Positions 62,766 to 64,000 of a stretch of DNA of 64,000 nt are shown piece after piece. Position 1 is the stretch's first letter, and each line of letters starts with the position of its first letter. Under the pieces are notes generated by a model that searched no databases, was not told where the DNA came from, and worked only from the letters and a program-made list of their open reading frames with translations. A program made the translations under genes and the position numbers. The DNA is taken from contig CAYHWX010000003.1 of NCBI GenBank assembly GCA_964360245.1, positions 2,307 through 66,306 of the forward strand, in the 5' to 3' direction. The DNA is from an uncultured Vicingus sp. Its GTDB lineage: Bacteria; Bacteroidota; Bacteroidia; Flavobacteriales_E; Vicingaceae.

Positions 62766-63959
62766 ATGAAAAAACAAAAAATCATATTATCCCTCGAACA
62801 AGCACTTGCATTACCTTATGCAACACAACGTTTTGTACAATTAGGTTGGCGTGTAATTCGTATTGAATCCCCTGCAGAAGATGGCGAAAACGCTGGAGAC
62901 CCAAACCGATACATTGGTGCCGATTTAGGTTTTAGCGATTTACATTCATATTATATTGCACCAAATACTGGTAAAGAAGCCATCACCATTAATCTGAAAA
63001 AAAAGGAAGGACAAGAGTTACTTAAAAAATTAATTAAGGAATTGGATGTTGATGTATTTATGTGCAACACCTTGCCCAAACGCTACAAACAACTAGGCAT
63101 CGATTATGAAACATTAAAAGAAGCAAACCCTGATATTATTTGGTGCAGTATTTCTGCAATGGGTCCGGAATATCCGGAAAGAGCAGGTTATGACCCCGCT
63201 TTACAAGCCATGATGGGTTTTACTTACCTTACCGGAGAACCTAACGGCTTACCTGTTCCTTGCGGCATCCCAATCATTGATTTAAAGGCTGGTGATGAAG
63301 CTTTTACTCAAGTGGTTCTTGCAATGTTGGAGAGTAATACCAACAAGGAAATTCACATTTCAATGGCACAATGTGCGGCAAGTTGGTTGATAACCGCTTT
63401 ACCACAATTAGCATTTGTAAAAAACGAAAGTGAATTATTTACTCGCAGTGGAAATGAGCACCGAAGTTTTATCCCTTGCAACGCATATCCCACAAAAGAT
63501 GGTTATCTCTATTTAGCCATAGGTAACGATTTGCAATGGCACAAATTTGTTTCTCACAAAGGGTTTGAAAAACTTTTTTCGGAAAATCGTAAAACAAACG
63601 AGGGAAGGATGAAGGAAAAAGAAAACATTTATAAAGAAATAGGAGAATTAAGTAAAAACTATAGCACCAAAGAATTTTTCGAGTTATGCATTTCCTTAAA
63701 TCTATCAGCAGCTCCCGTAAATACTGTTAAAGAAGTCGCTTTATTGCCATTTGTTGATGTTTGTATGATGAAAACAACAATTCCGAACGGTAAAGAAGTG
63801 AAACTTTCTCCTCCATCATACAATACAGCATTTCTTGAAAAAAATAATTTTTCGTTGAATTGTCCACCACGATTAGGAGAACAAAACAATAAAGTATATC
63901 AACAAATTGGAATTACCGAAAAGGAAATAGAAAAAATGGTAGCCGAAAAAATAATTTAA
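62766..63959 (+). CDS. family III CoA-transferase (CaiB/BaiF/Frc type)
   Basis: ALPYATQRFVQLGWRVIRIESPAEDGENAGDPNR. The ATG at 62766 avoids the overlap created by the track start 62724. Confidence 0.8.
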   Translation: MKKQKIILSLEQALALPYATQRFVQLGWRVIRIESPAEDGENAGDPNRYIGADLGFSDLHSYYIAPNTGKEAITINLKKKEGQELLKKLIKELDVDVFMCNTLPKRYKQLGIDYETLKEANPDIIWCSISAMGPEYPERAGYDPALQAMMGFTYLTGEPNGLPVPCGIPIIDLKAGDEAFTQVVLAMLESNTNKEIHISMAQCAASWLITALPQLAFVKNESELFTRSGNEHRSFIPCNAYPTKDGYLYLAIGNDLQWHKFVSHKGFEKLFSENRKTNEGRMKEKENIYKEIGELSKNYSTKEFFELCISLNLSAAPVNTVKEVALLPFVDVCMMKTTIPNGKEVKLSPPSYNTAFLEKNNFSLNCPPRLGEQNNKVYQQIGITEKEIEKMVAEKII

Positions 63960-64000
63960 TGATAAAAAAAACAATCGACATATTAACTTCTTATTCAGCA
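63959..64000 (+). CDS. start of a further gene in the same operon direction (14 codons, truncated by the window end)
   Basis: The ATG overlaps the preceding stop (TAATG). Translation is MIKKTIDILTSYSA.... Function unknown. Confidence 0.3.
   Translation, partial: MIKKTIDILTSYSA

Noticed and set aside
39540-62766. Non-ATG or upstream track starts at 39540 (TTG), 41719 (GTG), 51381 (GTG), 55760 (GTG) and 62724 (ATG).
   Set aside because: In each case an in-frame ATG a few to 14 codons downstream gives a sensible N-terminus (39543, 41752, 51414, 55766, 62766). These also remove overlaps or read-through of a hairpin. Start positions remain predictions.
34648-64000. The catabolic block as a recently acquired mobile genomic island.
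   Set aside because: The window contains no integrase, transposase, IS end, tRNA boundary or flanking direct repeat. By eye, base composition and codon style look the same as in the housekeeping genes. I could not compute GC or codon statistics, so older acquisition is not excluded.

Overview
This is a low-GC window, and its gene content points to a Bacteroidota (Flavobacteriia-like) chromosome: a fused ccoNO, a protein with a T9SS C-terminal sorting domain, a TAnnTTTG-type promoter element and A-rich leaders without Shine-Dalgarno sequences. All function calls come from reading motifs in the supplied translations. No database search was possible.

Layout:
- 1-8.7 kb is housekeeping: the ftsK 5' part, an arginase-family gene, argS, a hydrolase, tRNA-Gly and tRNA-Leu, a four-helix-bundle (23S-IVS-type) gene and an OmpA-like gene.
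- 8.8-17.1 kb is a complete cbb3 oxidase locus: ccoI, ccoS, ccoNO, ccoQ, ccoP, ccoG, ccoH and a DsbD_2/TauE-like gene.
- 17.5-34.3 kb is a nitrate-respiration island. It holds a dihaem cytochrome c, narGHJI, a porin, a hemerythrin-like protein, two narK genes and three Crp/Fnr-family regulators. A recurring (A/T)TGAT-N4-ATCAT box sits in the promoter regions.
- 34.6-64 kb is a single co-directional block of 22 complete genes plus one partial gene. It contains a BcrCBAD-like ATP-dependent reductase, an ADP-forming acyl-CoA synthetase, a lone BCR/HAD-family subunit next to a ketopantoate-reductase::activase fusion, beta-oxidation-type enzymes, a hydantoinase A/B pair, RidA, a 2-oxoacid:ferredoxin oxidoreductase, a DUF35-fused pseudo-HMGCS plus thiolase, a split B12 mutase and a family III CoA-transferase.

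This last block is my main candidate for an undescribed anaerobic acyl-/aryl-CoA pathway. Its internal spacers also carry an unusual family of 7-nt-phased AAACNNN arrays that end at start codons and supply the stop codon of two ORFs. No CRISPR array, transposase, integrase or prophage gene was seen.
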